DNA from: Camelus ferus
Lineage: Eukaryota
NCBI RefSeq assembly: GCF_009834535.1
Contig: NC_045696.1
Coordinates: 2,854,001 to 2,918,000 of the forward strand
DNA: 64,000 bases
Direction: 5' to 3'
In this document: in pieces, positions 11,684 through 23,989 of the stretch
How positions within the stretch are numbered: the first letter of the stretch is position 1
Layout of the letters: each line of letters begins with the position of its first letter
Notes under the pieces: model-generated
What the model saw: only the letters and a program-made list of their open reading frames with translations
What the model was told of the DNA's origin: nothing
Database searches by the model: none
Position numbers and translations under genes: made by a program

Positions 11684-12408
11684 TAGCTCAGGTGCCCCCT
11701 AGGGACGTCGTGGAAACGGTGGGCTTGTCTGCGGACGTGTGAGGACGGGGGAGCCCTGGCTGGACGCGTGCTCCACGGGGAGAGGATGGGTGGTGTGTGT
11801 GTTCGTGATGTTGATTTAAACTTGTTCGTGTGTTGGAGAGCGGCCGTGTCAGCTGAAGTCTAATCACCGATCATAAAGATGAGCTTTTCTGCAGCTTCTG
11901 GAAGTTTAGCAGCGACACGTGGAACTAATTCCGAAATACATCGAGCAAAACAGTGATGAGTGTACTGTGTGTGACTGAAACATTCGCTTTTTGATTTGAA
12001 GATACTGTTTTGGTGTGGGCTTTCCCAGGGCACTTGGAAACAAATCGTTTTGTGTATCAAAAGCTGGGTGCTTCATATTTTTCCTAAGTGCCTTGTTTTA
12101 CTTTAAACACTGATCTGAAAACAGAGCTGTTCGTGAGCTGCTGAGGGCTGCTTCCCACACGGGGCATCCGGGCCCCCCCAGACTGGGGGCCGATTGGACA
12201 GAGAAGTCCAGGAACGGGGGGGTGGGCCTGGGACAGAATGGGGTGCCCAGGAGCCACGTGGGGGCGACCTGGCCACGGTCCGCATAGAGGAGCCTGACCT
12301 CGTCAGCGTTGCACCTGGCGCAGGGCGTGCTTTCAGTAAGGATCTGCTTTGAATTCTTGGTTTTAGGAGAAAATTGGGTTTGTTCTTGATGGTGACTTGG
12401 TCTAAGAT

Positions 12409-12721
12409 TGAGGTCGGCAAACTGGCCTGCTGGCCAGATCCTGCCTGTGGCCTGATTTTCTGTGCTTTGAGCTGAGCATGGTTTTTACGTGTTTAAATGG
12501 TTAGAAAATATCAAAAAAAAAAAAGTATTTCCAGATATGTGAAAATCATATGCAATTTAAGTTCCAGTGTCCATAAATAAATTTTTACTGGGACACGGCC
12601 ACGCCTGCTCGACTGGGGGGTCAGTGTCGGTGTCGGGCTGTAGCGGCCGAGTGGGGTGGTTGCCAGGGAGACCGGATGGCCTGCACAGTCCCGCCCTTTA
12701 CAGAAAAGTATGTCAATCCCA
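12409..12721 (+). mobile_element. hAT-Charlie DNA transposon remnant, MER58B-like
   Basis: Terminal ggtcggcaaact ... agtatgtcaatccc (degenerate TIRs) and internal cagtgtccataaataaa.ttttactgg.acac.gccacgcc, matching recalled MER58 consensus. Confidence 0.8.
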
Positions 12722-13189
12722 ATTTAAGGGCTTTTAAAAATCCGTGTGGTGGTTCAGACGAACTGGTTAGCTTATCTCTTCTTGGACCTTCTTCCTCACC
12801 TCGTTCACTGTGTTCCCTGGGGGCAGGGGGAGCGGGGCTCTCTGACACCCTGCGCCCATGGTCATCCCCGCCCTGCGGGGGTTGGGAGGGCAGCAGAGGG
12901 GCGCTGAGGGGTGTGGGAGGCGGTCGCCTCTGCTCCTGGGGGCTTAGTCGTCCCGGAGCCCAGCAGTGCCTTCCCGCAGGGCTGCCGCCTCTGGGGGGGT
13001 GAGGGGGGGTGCCTCTGGCTCCAGCCCCAGGGGCAGAAATGGCTTTTTCTTGGTCCCCAAACCCTGTCCACGCCTCTGGGATCAGTCCTTCCATCAACGG
13101 GCCTTGACAGATCTCAGCTGAGTGAGCGCCTTGTTCTGGCTGCAGCGTCTGGGGGCTGCTCCGTCCGAGGGATTCGGGGTACTCCCAGA

Positions 13190-14060
13190 CCTGAGATTCC
13201 TCTGTTCTTTAAAGTCGTCCATATCTTAGTGGACCACCCCCTGTTGCTATTTAGTAATTTTTCCTATTCAGTTTTCCCCCTTAAGTTATCCGTGTGGTTT
13301 CTCTCCCTTGACAGATGCACCTTTCCCCCGCTGCACGTAACGCGTCTCTCTTCCTGGAGTTTAAGGCTTCCCTGCCCGTCACTGGTTGTCCGTCGTTTGA
13401 TCATGATATGCTTTGGGAGGGGTGTGTGTGTCCTTTTAGGGTTTCTTGGCGTTTCTTAGATCTGTGCATTTAGTTTTTTTTTTTTTTAATTGAATTTGGA
13501 AGTTTCCAGCTGTTACTTCTTCGGGTTTCTCCCTGGCACCTTCTGTCCTTGCCTCCGCAGTCCCGGTGCTTGTGTGTCGGGCCGCTGGACGGGCCCGCGG
13601 CCAGCAGCCCCCACCCCGGGCTCCTTCGTGCTCGGGCTTCGTTTTGGGTGGGTTCTTCCCGCTGCTTCACGCCCCCTGATGCCCGGTGCTGTCTGCGCCG
13701 CTGTTAACCCAAGGCTGAGTATTTTCCGTGATCAGATACTGTGTTTCTCGTCTCTGTGAAATTCATTTTGTCCTTTTAAACAAATGTCTTCTGTTCCTCT
13801 TCTCATCATACTTGTTAAAAAAAATTCTTGAGCATCTGGTGCGTCCTTAGAATGATTGTTTTCCTTTGTGTTAATTCCGTCTTCTCCATCATTCCTGCTG
13901 CTTCTGTTGACTGATCTTCTGCTTACGGCCACGTCTTCCCGCTACTGAGTATGTCTAGGTGCTAGGTGCCCAGCATTGTGACGTTTTCACGGTTGAGCGC
14001 TGAGTTTCACGATGTTCCTTGAAAGAATGTCGCTCTGTCCCTGGCAGCAGTTTAGCTGCT
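13190..14060 (-). mobile_element. Old LINE-1 (L1M-type ORF1 region) remnant
   Basis: T-rich + strand with diverged L1 ORF1-region phrases (tttcttagatctgtg, ttgaatttggaagtttccagctgttacttcttc). Confidence 0.55.
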
Positions 14061-14912
14061 GTGGGTCAAGTCCACCTTTCGAGGTCGGGCTTTGAGCTCA
14101 TTGGGGCGGCTCTGGACTGGCCCTGGGAGGGATGGCGCGCTCCCACTTCCGAGGTTGGCCCCCCCAGGGCCCACGCTGAGCATGCTGTGTATTCGTGACG
14201 TCTCCCCGCATGGGCTGGCCTGGGGGACCCAGCTCATCCCCGGGGGTCTGGGAATGGTTCTTTCCTCAAAAGTCACTCATGTGATGTGCATGGGGTTCCA
14301 CCCACACCTGCAGGTTGGTGTTTGATCCAAGACCCAAGAGGACCCCTGGCAGATCCTGTGAGCTGTGCAGCTCCCTCTTTACAGGTCCTCTGTCCCAGAT
14401 TCGAGCTGCCTTGCCTCTGAATTCCAGTTTCCGTCTCCACTGCGTTGGGGCCTCCCTCCCTGCGCCTTCAGAGAATTGCTTCCAGGCACAGGTCCTCAGA
14501 CCCATGCTGCCTGGCGTCTGGTTGGCCCTGGGGGCGGGTATCCAGACCCCCAGGCTCTCCGTGGCCTGCAGCTGAGTCCCGTTGTCTTGTGACAAGGGAG
14601 GCACAGTGGCCTCTCGTCTAAGCTGCCTGTGAGGGTCCTGGCTTGGTGGCTTGGCAGTGCTTCCTGGGGGGCGGGACTGACTCGAAGCTGAGCGCTCTGG
14701 TCTCCCCTGCCGTGTGGGTTGAGCATCTTTCCGGTTTGGCTGTTGGCTTTCTAGAGGCTTTGTCGTGTGACCTTTCTGGCAATCAGATGTATTCGTTGCT
14801 TTGTTTGTGATCATGGGGTATTGTCCTGGCCTTGGAAGGGTTTTCTCCACCCCGCACCCCTTTGGAATGGCTTGTTCTGGAAGAGGTGACAGCATCGGGG
14901 CGGCCCCCTGAT

Positions 14913-14940
14913 GCGGGGCGGGGCGGGGCGGGGCGGGAGG
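14913..14940 (+). repeat. (GGGGC)n tandem GC-box array
   Basis: gcggggcggggcggggcggggcgggagg read directly. Confidence 0.8.
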
Positions 14941-15889
14941 CTGGCGGGAGGCACTCGTGTGGGGAGACTGCGATCCCCGCGTCAGAAGCAGTTTAGTTTT
15001 GTCCCCCAAGCCTGGCTTTTCACCAGGACGTGGGAGCAGCATGGCGTTCACTCTAAGATTCATAGTGAGATCTGCCAGTTTTTGAAGCAGAAAATCACAA
15101 GCCTGACACTGGATATGTTGTGTTTTGCTGATTCCAATTCCATGACAGAAATGAAGGAGCTAAAACAATAAAACTGCATTCGTGGCCCCTCTGGATGTTT
15201 TGTTTTGGTTTTTCTGGCTTGACGGGAGCGGGCAGGTGTCGGGAGGGAGAAGAGCCCGTCAGGGGCCCGGCGAGTCCAGAGAGTCAGGAACGCGGCCCCC
15301 ACGTGCCCCCAAGGATGCTCTGCGCAGCGGGGGTGATGACAGGAGGGGGAGACCCTGGAAGCCTGCGGCTCCGGGCCGAGCATCTCTTAGCTTCGTGTTC
15401 TTTGAGGTTCGCGGCTCAGACCATTAGCCAGAGAAATCAAAAGGACGCGAGATGCCTATCATAGTGACCCAGCTAGGGGCGTCTGCCCCTTTCACAGAAG
15501 ATTCTGACGACTGAATATTCCAGTGACACGGTCCTAGGAGCGTGCCATGAGCGTGCTGCCTCGTACTCTTAGGCACAAGCGGCTTGTTCCGCACAGCAAA
15601 CCTTCAGGCGGTGCCCTTGCCTGAGGGTGATGACTTCCCACAGTCCCCTCGCCCTGAGTCTGACCCCGAGAGCAGACACGACAGGTCCCCATGCTGGCCC
15701 CATGCCCAGTGAAACCTGCCAGGCCCAGGCTGGGTACAGCACGTGGGCTCCAGGCCCCTCTGCCGTCGACCCCTGGGATGACGCTTGTTTTGAACCGTAA
15801 CAGCTCAGTATTGGAAAGCCACCAGCACAGTGGGAAGAGGCTCTTGTAGGTGCTGGTTGGAAAGCTCTTCACCGTATGTGGTTAAGTGG

Positions 15890-18800
15890 GAGCAACTAGG
15901 TTAAAAGTAACTGTAACAGAGAAAGTTATTAAGGAAATACCCACCCCAGGAAAACCCCAGGCCCAGAGATCACAAGGGAATTCCACCAGACTTGAAAGAC
16001 CAGACAGTCCCAGAGCGCCATCCAGTGTTGCGGAGCGTAGGAGAGGAAGGAAGCTCCCTGGTTCTCTGTGACGCTCACGTGACACTGGGTGCTGAAGCCA
16101 GATGCAGACGACACAGAGGGAAAGCCTGCATACCGGTGTCCCTCATCAGTATCAGTACAGCAACGCTGGGCGCTCGCAGCCGGACTCCAGCACCGCGCTA
16201 CGGAAGCAGCGCACAGCGACCGGGCGGGGCTTGCTTTAAGCGTGCAGGTCTGCTCGGTGCTAGGAAACCTGCTGGTGGAAGACGTTCGGTCATCTCCATG
16301 GAGACCAGCCTTGGGCAGAACTCCGCATCCATGGTGAACACACTGCAGAAAACGGGGATTGAGCGGTGCTTTCTGTTTCTGAAAAATGGGGCTGAAAATA
16401 CACATACAGCCTGCCATTCTAGCCATCTTTAAGTACGCTGACGTTAAGTACGTTGTGTGCAATCATCTGAGGGATGTGCTCTTGACATAAGAATATATAT
16501 TTGTACACCCTGGGCCTGACGCCACTGTCTTACTCTACGAAGAGACAGAGACAGCCCCAGTAAAACTGGGGCTGCCGCACAGCACCCCCTGCCCCCTGCA
16601 GTCCAGCGCGGCACCGGGCAGGGGGCGCCGTCGGGGGCCTGGCAGCTGGCAGAGAAGCAGCGCACCCAGCTGTGTTTGCAGATGACGGGGTAGCACATCT
16701 GGAGATGCCTAGGGCATCCACGCTCCAAGGGAAGGAATTCAGGGAAGTAGCTGGGTACAAAACCAGCATAAAAAAGTCAGTAGCCTTCCTAGATGTGGAC
16801 AGTAAGCGAATCACCGCAGAGGAAATTCCGTTTACAGTTGCCTCAGAGGTTGCTCAGGAATAAATTTAACCAGAAACATGCAGACCTCTGCAATGAACAT
16901 TGTAGTCTTGAAAGACCCAAAAGCAGACCTGAACACATGGAAAGACATCTCTCCTTTTGGATGGAATGACAGCTTTATAAGGATGTCAGTTCTCCCTAAC
17001 TTTATAAGTTCAAAGCAATCCTGTAAAAATACTAGCTATTTTATGGAGTTCCGGTGAGTTGATACTGAAGGTCATACGGAAAAACAAAAATATCCAGGAA
17101 AACTGAGGGGGGACTAACCTGACCAGCAGTGACACTCACCACCACGCCTCTGTCGTCAGGACCCTGCGGTGCAGGCTCGTGAACACAGAGCAAGGGACGG
17201 GCGAAAGTGCAGAATTAGCCCCAGTTCAAGTGGAGGCCACGCGTGAGAGGGTGGCGTCTCAGGCCACTGGGCAAAGATGAATTTTTTAAAGAAAACGTGC
17301 TGGGACAGTTGGATTGCCATTCGGAAAAAGAAAATTAGATTCCTCTCACTCCACACACAGGAGTGGCCTCTGACAGGTTAGGAAGCGAAAAATGAAACCA
17401 TGCAAGCGATGGAAACACAGGTGGGTTCCTTGTTAACTTTTGTGTAGGGAGGGTCGACGTGTGACTCAAAATCCAGAGGCAGTAGGAGAAAAGGATGGAT
17501 AAATGTGACTGCATACAAATAAAAGGTTTTTGCGCGACAGAAAATACCATAAACCACATAAAAACTGAACTGACAAACTGGGAGAAAATATTTGCAACAC
17601 AGACCACAGAGAGCTCCCTGTCTGTCCCTTTGTGATGTCCTGATCATATAAAGAGCTCTTTCAAAGGTTGAGAGACAAAGGACCGAGAACCAGATGGAGA
17701 AATGCGAAAAAGTCGTGCCCAAATAATTTACAAAAGAGAAATAAAAATAACTCCCACAGCATGAAAAAAAATGCTCTGACTCACTCATAACTAGAGAATG
17801 CAAATCAGAACAACAATGAGATACTACGTCTCACTCAGCAGACCGCCGGCAGCTTAAATAAAACGATGACACACACTCAGCGGGAACCGCCCCCCGTGCT
17901 TCGCTGGAAGAGATGCGCGCTTGGCAGTGACCAGCAGCACCGCACGTGCACTCGTGTGCTGCCCCTCCTCCTTCTTGGGACCCACCCTGGGGATACATGT
18001 CCAACAGTATGAACATACACACCCATGAGGTTCATTGTTGAGCGTGGTTTGTCACTGCAGAATGTTGGAGCCAGGGCAGGTGCCCACGCAGGGAGGGTGC
18101 ACCCACGGGCTCCAGCCTGTGCGGCTGGGACGTGGACGGAGAAGGCCTCTGTGCACAGACGAGTGATTGCCAGGACACACCGTCACGTGGAGGGACAGCA
18201 TGCACACGCGTGACTGTAGCATGCTCCCTTCATGTAAGAAAGATGGGGATGGAAGACAAGACACAGGCATCTGCTCTTTTGTGCAGAAAGAATACAGGAT
18301 AAACCAGAAGCTGAAGAGTGGGGAGGAGGGGGAAGGTGGGAGCAGCTTTTACCCAAGGCTGCTTGTTTGTAAAGCTCCCGTTCTTAGAGCCATAGTAGCG
18401 CACCCCCACGTAAACCATGAAAGCCAACCGGGGTGTGGGGGGAGACAGAATACAAACAGGAATAAATGAACCTAACTTCCGTACAGTCAGTAACCGGCCT
18501 CTGTGAAGGGGCTGCGGAAGGAGAGAGCCAGCGTTAAGTCACTCTGCAGAACAGAATTTTGCCACAATGCTGTTAAGTCTAAAGACAAAAGGACCCAGAC
18601 AAAATACTGTGCTTCAGACCGTAAATTCATGGCGGGGAGGGTGGAGCTCAGCAGTAGAGCGCGTGCTTGGCACGCACAAGGTCCTGGGTTAAGTTGCCGG
18701 TACCTCTGTTAAAAATAAAGAAATAAACCTAATTACTTCCCCCCGAGAAGTCTTCAAAAAACAGGCAGTAAATTCATCCCACACAGGGGTGTGGGTTAGC

Positions 18801-20120
18801 AATACTGGAATCACTTTATGTCACGTTGGGACTGAACAAACAAGTAAATACACGGCGGGGTAGGGGGCCAGGGTCCTCCCTGTTGGAGAAAGAAGTCGCC
18901 AACAAGGAAAGGGGGCTGGCGGTTCCTTTGGGCTGGAATCCAAGGAATCGGGGTGAATCTGTGGTTTTCATTGTACACGTGTTCAGACAGATGAACGGAA
19001 GCGGGCGTGCGCTGGGGTTAGCGTGTCTACGGACGGTTTCTAGCTCTCGTTGCTCAAAGACAGTGACATCTCAGTCCCAGTGAGCTCACTTCATGCCCAG
19101 ATCTCCATTTTTAAGCACCATTCTCCAGTATCAGAAACCGGGATCCGTGGAGGAGGGGTTGATCCCAGGACTGTGGCAGGGGAATAGAAGCCGAGCCTAG
19201 GGTGTCTCATGGAACCAGAAAATAAGGAATTGCTTGAAAAAAGAGGGGTCTTTGTTGAAAGGACCCAGGACCCAACCTGCAGGCATTCCCAGTGGCCAAA
19301 GCTGGGGCATTCTGAGCGACTAAGTAGATGGTGACTGAGCTGGACAGTAACCCAGAGTGTGAGACACATACCCACGGACCCAGCTGGTCCAAGCCATCGG
19401 CTGAATACACACCTACATGGCGGAGGAGAGCCAGGTTCTCCGTCCAGAAGAGTTCCAGCGGAGAAATGTAAAAGGAAGGACTGAAACTGAACGTCACCAC
19501 TAGGCAAACACCATAGCAAGACTCACCGATGGAGGCTCAGTTCAGGGGCAGAAGTTTGGGGAGCAGCAGGGAGGTTGCATGGCTCCAAAGTACCTCCTCC
19601 AAGATACTCGTCCGTTACCACGGGAAACCGCACCTTCACGATGGGAAACCCGGCAGGCGCCACCCTAGCCTGGCGATGGCAGTGCCTCCCCTGAGCCAGG
19701 CGTGCAGACACCGCGTCCTCGCTGGTCTGGCACGCTGAGCAGCATCTGGTGTCTCGGCTGTGGTGCTCCTGCCAACAGGAGTGACCTCGTGAAACGGCGG
19801 ACAAGCCCAGGCAAAGGGACAACGTCCAGGGCCCAGCGAAGGCGGCATGGCCACCAAGGACAGCAGACGGGGACGCCTTAGCACAGAAGCAACTGGGGAC
19901 TGGCAGTTCGGGGCAGCGTGGGCCTGGCTGGGATCCTGGAACTGGAAGAGGATGTTAGTGGGGACACTTGAAACAGGGGAGGCACTTGGCCCGTTGGTGC
20001 GTCTGTGGGAGTGACCGGCAGAGCCGGGGGACGGCAGGGGAGCGTCCGGGGCAGGTGAGCAGGGGCCCCACGCCTGCCCTTCCTGCCTTCGCGGGGCAGG
20101 TTGCATTTTGCGGAGACGGT
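15890..20120 (+). mobile_element. Ancient, highly diverged LINE-1 (L1MC/L1MD/L1ME-type): ORF2 remnant and long 3' UTR
   Basis: ORF 16672-16863 FADD...EVAGYKTSIKKSVAFL...IPFTVAS is L1 RT. Later segments (ctgacaaactgggagaaaatatttgcaac; cccagtggccaaagctgggg) match L1 ORF2 end and L1MC/MD 3' UTR. Confidence 0.75.
18631..18762 (+). mobile_element. vic-1-like SINE with target-site duplication
   Basis: ggggagggtggagctcagcagtagagcgcgtgcttggcacgcacaaggtcctgggtt plus an A-rich tail; gtaaattcat repeated at 18621-18630 and 18768-18777. Confidence 0.8.
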
Positions 20121-21099
20121 TAATTTACATGGAGCAGCTGGGTGAGCGCTGCCCGCCACGTGCACCTGCGCTGTCATCCTCGTCAAGCCGCAGAGAGCTT
20201 CCATCCTGCAGTCTTTCCTCGGGCCCCTGACAGTCGGTGCCTCCCCAGCACCAAGTGTGGACCCGGGCAAGTGGAACCCCGTGGGAGGTTGATGGGTCCA
20301 GCCAACGAGAGGGCGTTGGGAACCCTCCCCAGGGGCCCCTCACCCCAAAGTGCCTTCCTCAGAATTTTCTAAGTCCCTCTGGTGCTCGGGGAGGGCTAAC
20401 CCCCTCCTTCCCTGTTGGGGACTCTGCTCCTCTGTGCCCCGCCGCCCAGGGTCAGTGAGTCCGTCCCTCACTCAGAGGCTGCGGCCGTGTGTGCGTGCGT
20501 GTTCACTTACGCACATGCACGCACCTGACTTCTGCTCGCCCTTCCGTGTCCCGACAGCTGCCCCGCATCGTCAGGGCACCCAAGGGCAGCAGAGTGGTGG
20601 AGGGGGTGGTGTCCTGTGCCCCATGCACCCCCCTGGCTGTCGGCAGGCAGGTCTGGGAGGGGCCGCACCTCCACGGAGGGCAGCGAGAGCCTCGCTCCCA
20701 CGCAGCGGCCTTTGTCCTTTCTTGCCTCTGATGCAGGCGACCAGGCCAGCTTCACCCTGTGGGAGAAGGGACAGAACTTCCTTGTGCAAATGTGCTGGCT
20801 CTTCTGACTCCAGCCTGGCCCCTCCTGTTCTCCCGTTGCTGGTGATGTGGGGGACAGGGCTGTGGCAACACTGAGAGTCCGGGGGTGCAGGGACCACCGT
20901 GGGGGAGGCCAGTTGGAGACGTGGCTGGAAGATGCCTTGTCCCACAGGAAATCCCCAACAGTAAACCCCACATGGCTGGTGAAGACGCACTGTCGCTTGC
21001 GTTTGCATTTGTGGTCACCATCAAACAAGCATTTGAGAGCCTTCGGAAGCAGTCTTCACAATACTGGAGGATCCAGGTTGTTTCTGAGCAAACGGGGGG

Positions 21100-21382
21100 T
21101 TCCCAAGAGCCACTGCTCTGTGGGTGATAAGGGCGCGGATCCCGTTCACGGGAGCCCCACCCTCATGACCTCATCTCCTCCCGAAGGCCCCAGCTCCTAA
21201 CGCCATCGCATCAGGCACTGAGATTTCAACACGCAGTGTGACCGAAGCATAACACTGTACACCAGCAATTGACACAGCATTATAAACTGACTGTGCTTCA
21301 ATAAAAAGAATGCAAAAAAAAAAAAAAAAAAAGGATTTCAGCATGTGAACCGTGGGGAGACACAAACTTCAGTCCGTAACGT
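21100..21382 (-). mobile_element. MaLR LTR fragment (MLT1A/MST-like) interrupted by a ~100 bp L1 3' tail
   Basis: ccctcatgacctcatctcctcccgaaggcccc...ttcagtccgtaac is a MaLR LTR end; the poly(A)-tailed insert spans 21234-21333. Confidence 0.65.
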
Positions 21383-23604
21383 AGGAAGGCTTAGACTAGC
21401 GAAGCGACTGTGACCGCGAGTCACAGCTGACGTCTGCCGTGTGGCGTCCACACGGAGGGTAACGGGGACGCCCGCTTGCTAAGAGTGTGAATGTTACATG
21501 TAGGAGAAACCGCTTATATTCATTCATCTGTGTCTTGTGGAGAGCAGCGCGTGGCGTGTAGTAAGCCCCTGATAAATAGTAGCTCGTGAGACATCGGGTC
21601 AGAAATACGTATGTGGTGTATGTATTGCAATACGTAGGATTATACACTGTAGACAATGCTATTAAATCACTGCAAGAATTACTGGGCTCCACTGTGTGCC
21701 AGGCTCTGAGGATCCAAAGCAGGTCGGGAACACAGGCTTTTGTATTAATACTGCAGTTCTCAGCTGGCTCTTAATCTACACGTCTTGAGGGGAGGGAAGT
21801 ATGGGTCAGAGTAAGTATTGAGAGGAGCCCCGGACCCGCAGCCGGGGAACCCCGTTTGGACAGACCATCCCTCCTCCTCGCCCTGCCTCTTCCTCTGAGC
21901 TTCTCTTTCTAAGCATGAGGCTGGGGGAGCCAGGTGGGAGCTGCCAGGTAACTACAGGTAACCCGCAGAGAGGGCTGGGGCAGGGCGGCCGTTCACGGCT
22001 CACTTGTCGCTTTATTTGGACTGCAGGGAGCAGGGACGGAAGAGGACGCTCGTTCAAGGACTGGATGTCTGGTCTTCGTCTGTCTGAAAGCGCATCACGC
22101 CTGTGTGATTGGTGCCTGGGTCCGCACCCGGGCCCTGGTCCTTCCTGCATCCGTGGCCGGCTGCCTGTCCTCCAACGGCAGAGCCAGCGGGCATCACAGA
22201 GCCCCCGGCCCGCTGGCCGACACCTCGGCGGGTGTTCGGCAGGCTCGCCACGCTGCTCTTGGCTTCTGGTCCAGAACAGACGGCCTGTGGACGACAAGTC
22301 CTGCCACCAGCTTTCTGTTTTTCTTTTTTAACCTGAAAATGTCACTTTGCCAGCCTGCTGGGGAGAGGGCCTGCCTAGGTGCGCGGCACACAGCAAGCTC
22401 GAGCCCCCGTTGTCCCGCCCAGCCGTGTGGTCGGCTCCCAGGGCCAGAGACGCCCCGGCCCCTCCCGTCTTCTCGGGCTCCCTCCCCGGTGACCGCAGCC
22501 CTGAACCCTGACGCTGAGTGGTGTTCCACTGTTCCTGAGCTGGATCTGCGTGGGTCCCCTCGTTACGTCTTCACTGGTGCCTGGCCTTTTCGTTTTGCCT
22601 CGTGGTGTGCGGGGATTAGCATTTCACGTTTGAGTGTTCTGGGAGTCCTGCGTAAGTTTTACCCAACACCGGGCAGACCTGGCTCGGCCCCCGGCAGGCA
22701 CAGGGCACAGCTGTCCCTGGGACCACAGTGGCTGGAGCCGTCAGCTGTGGAAGGTGACTCTTGCCTTTGAAAACGGTTTCCCCGCTGAGATCTTCAGATT
22801 TGGGGGCAGTGATGCTGAGGACTCTGAGGGCTGTTTCCATGGAGATGGGAAGAAGAGGACATTGCCTGAGGACTGCTGACCTGCTGACACCACGGGAGGT
22901 GTTCTCGGGCCGTTCTGCTGAATTTTCAGTCGTCACCGTTGTCACACTTTCTGGGTCCGGGGCCCGAGACTCGGGACGGGCCCAGGTGACGCAGCTGCAG
23001 CGCCCGACCCCGGGCCGCCCTGGTTTTCCTGCCCCCAGTCCAGCCCCTCCCTCGTGCAGCTGCTGCCTCCTTGAGACAAGGCACGGTTGTCTTCGTCTGG
23101 ATGCCCCTGAGCCTGGTGCCGCCCCCACGCCGCCCCCGACGCAGGAGGCACCGAGAATGATGTGGCAGGACCCTGGGAGGGTGGCAGAATCGGGAAGGCC
23201 AGATCTGACCCCCCCGGACGTCCGCACTAACAGGGTCTGTCTGATGCAACTGCTTCAATCTGGGGTCTGTGGACGCCTTGCAGCCTCAAGGGGGAAGGGC
23301 TGGGTGGAAAGCTGCAGTGAATTTTGGTAAAATTCGGCTCTTACACAGGAGCAGCTCCCCAGCCCCACCCCAAGGTGAGGTGGTAGGTGCTCACCACGGG
23401 CAGGGGCTCCCGGGGCCGCCGGCCCAGACTGCGGGAGTCACAGTGGGCAGACGGTACCCCGTCCTCCAGGCAGGGGGTCTGTGCTCTGATGGCTGGTTGC
23501 TGCCCCTGGAGTCACAGGGGCAGACGAGGGGGGGCAACAAAGAGCCATGGCGTGGTGTCCCCTCCTCAGGCTGAGTGACCGCCAGGGGATTTAAAGGGCT
23601 GGCT

Positions 23605-23761
23605 TCCTTTTTTTTTAATCAATTAAAAAATTTTGGAGTAATTAGATTTATTTATTAATTATTATCATCATCATATTATTTTTAACAGACGTCCTGGGAA
23701 TTGAACCTAGGACCTTGTGCACGTGAAGTACACGCTCTACCCCTGAGCTGTGCCCTCCCCT
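23605..23761 (-). mobile_element. vic-1-like SINE
   Basis: ctgggaattgaacctaggaccttgtgcacg...cgctctacccctgagctgtgccctcccc preceded by a T-rich tail. Confidence 0.75.
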
Positions 23762-23989
23762 CTGGCACCCTTTGTTTTTCCTCCTTCATTGTTTTGCTTC
23801 TTCCTCTTGGGAACTAGATACTAAAGACTTGGACATTTGAAGGGAACTGCATATACAGGGAAAATCAGAATGTGAGTGCGTATATCCAGAGAAAGGCTCA
23901 CAAGAGATCTGAGAAGACTTTATATTTACACCTCAGGCACAGCGCAGAGACCGCTTACAACAGTTAAAAAGGAAAAACAACTTCAATAT

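Noticed and set aside
12576..12581. AATAAA as the WDR4 poly(A) signal
   Set aside because: It lies within the MER58-like element, where it belongs to the consensus; it cannot be assigned to WDR4 without transcript data.
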